A DNA stretch of 64,000 bases. It comes from Malacoraja senta. Lineage: Eukaryota. Below, in pieces: positions 63,695-64,000 of this stretch. Both the position numbers and the translations under genes were made by a program. Position 1 is the stretch's first letter; the number at the start of each line of letters is the position of its first letter. The notes under the pieces are model-generated. The model made no database searches. It was not told the DNA's origin and saw only the letters and a list, made by a program, of their open reading frames with translations. The DNA lies in assembly GCA_038087875.1 (NCBI GenBank), contig JAXLNO010000202.1:186001-250000 (forward strand), read 5' to 3'.

Positions 63695-64000
63695 GGAAGG
63701 ATGTGCTAGCTCTGGAGAGGGTCCAGAGGAGGTTTATGAGAATTATCCCAGGGATGAGTGGGTTAACCTATGATGAGCGTTTGTCGGCACTGGGCCTGTA
63801 CCCGTTGGAGTTTAGAAGAATGAGGGGGGACCTCATTGAAACTTACAGAATAGTGAAAGGCTTGGTTAGAGTGGATGTGGCGAGGATGTTTCCGTTAGTG
63901 GGAGAGTCTAGGACCAGAGGCCACAGAATCAGAATTAAAAAAAATCTTTTAGGAAGGAGATGAGGAGGAATTTCTTTAGCCAGAGGGTGTGTGAATCTGT
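63695..64000 (+). mobile_element. CR1 LINE fragment running off the window end
   Basis: KDVLALERVQRRF...GESRTRGH. Confidence 0.8.

Noticed and set aside
26809..64000. A second host gene in the upstream half
   Set aside because: The ORFs there that I could identify map to CR1, Rex1-like, Penelope, SINE or simple-repeat sequence, and the remaining short ones resemble no protein I recognise. Small exons cannot be excluded without transcript data.

Overview
Eukaryotic, repeat-dense vertebrate DNA, most likely a cartilaginous fish (skate/ray). This is inferred from HE1-like V-SINEs, CR1 LINEs, Penelope-like remnants and a DM-beta-like protein. The only host gene I can support is gpm6a (neuronal membrane glycoprotein M6-a, elasmobranch proteolipid DM-beta) on the minus strand. 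Six coding exons can be read by hand with canonical AG/GT sites and consistent phases: 26808-26616, 21470-21314, 17381-17228, 15407-15331, 11804-11739 and 4666-4514. They total 800 nt and run GCFECC...RLNAYT-stop. A probable ~3.2 kb 3'UTR ends at tandem AATAAA signals near 1280-1290. The first (ATG) exon was not found, so 26809-64000 is probably intron 1 or upstream sequence. The rest is mostly transposons and tandem repeats: one near-intact CR1 ORF2 filling intron 3, many truncated CR1 and Rex1-like fragments, about 10 tRNA-derived SINEs, Penelope-like GIY-YIG remnants with hammerhead-like termini, and many mini/microsatellites. The very long ORFs in the track (28-35 kb) are tandem-repeat artefacts. 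A 200-N gap is flanked by an 867-bp near-identical overlap that is likely an assembly artefact. The least explained structure is a composite of 66-bp tandem units plus a ~138-nt fold-back cassette, both built from Penelope-type termini. It recurs four times in 13 kb, in both orientations, with the same junction. I see no evidence for a new protein-coding system.
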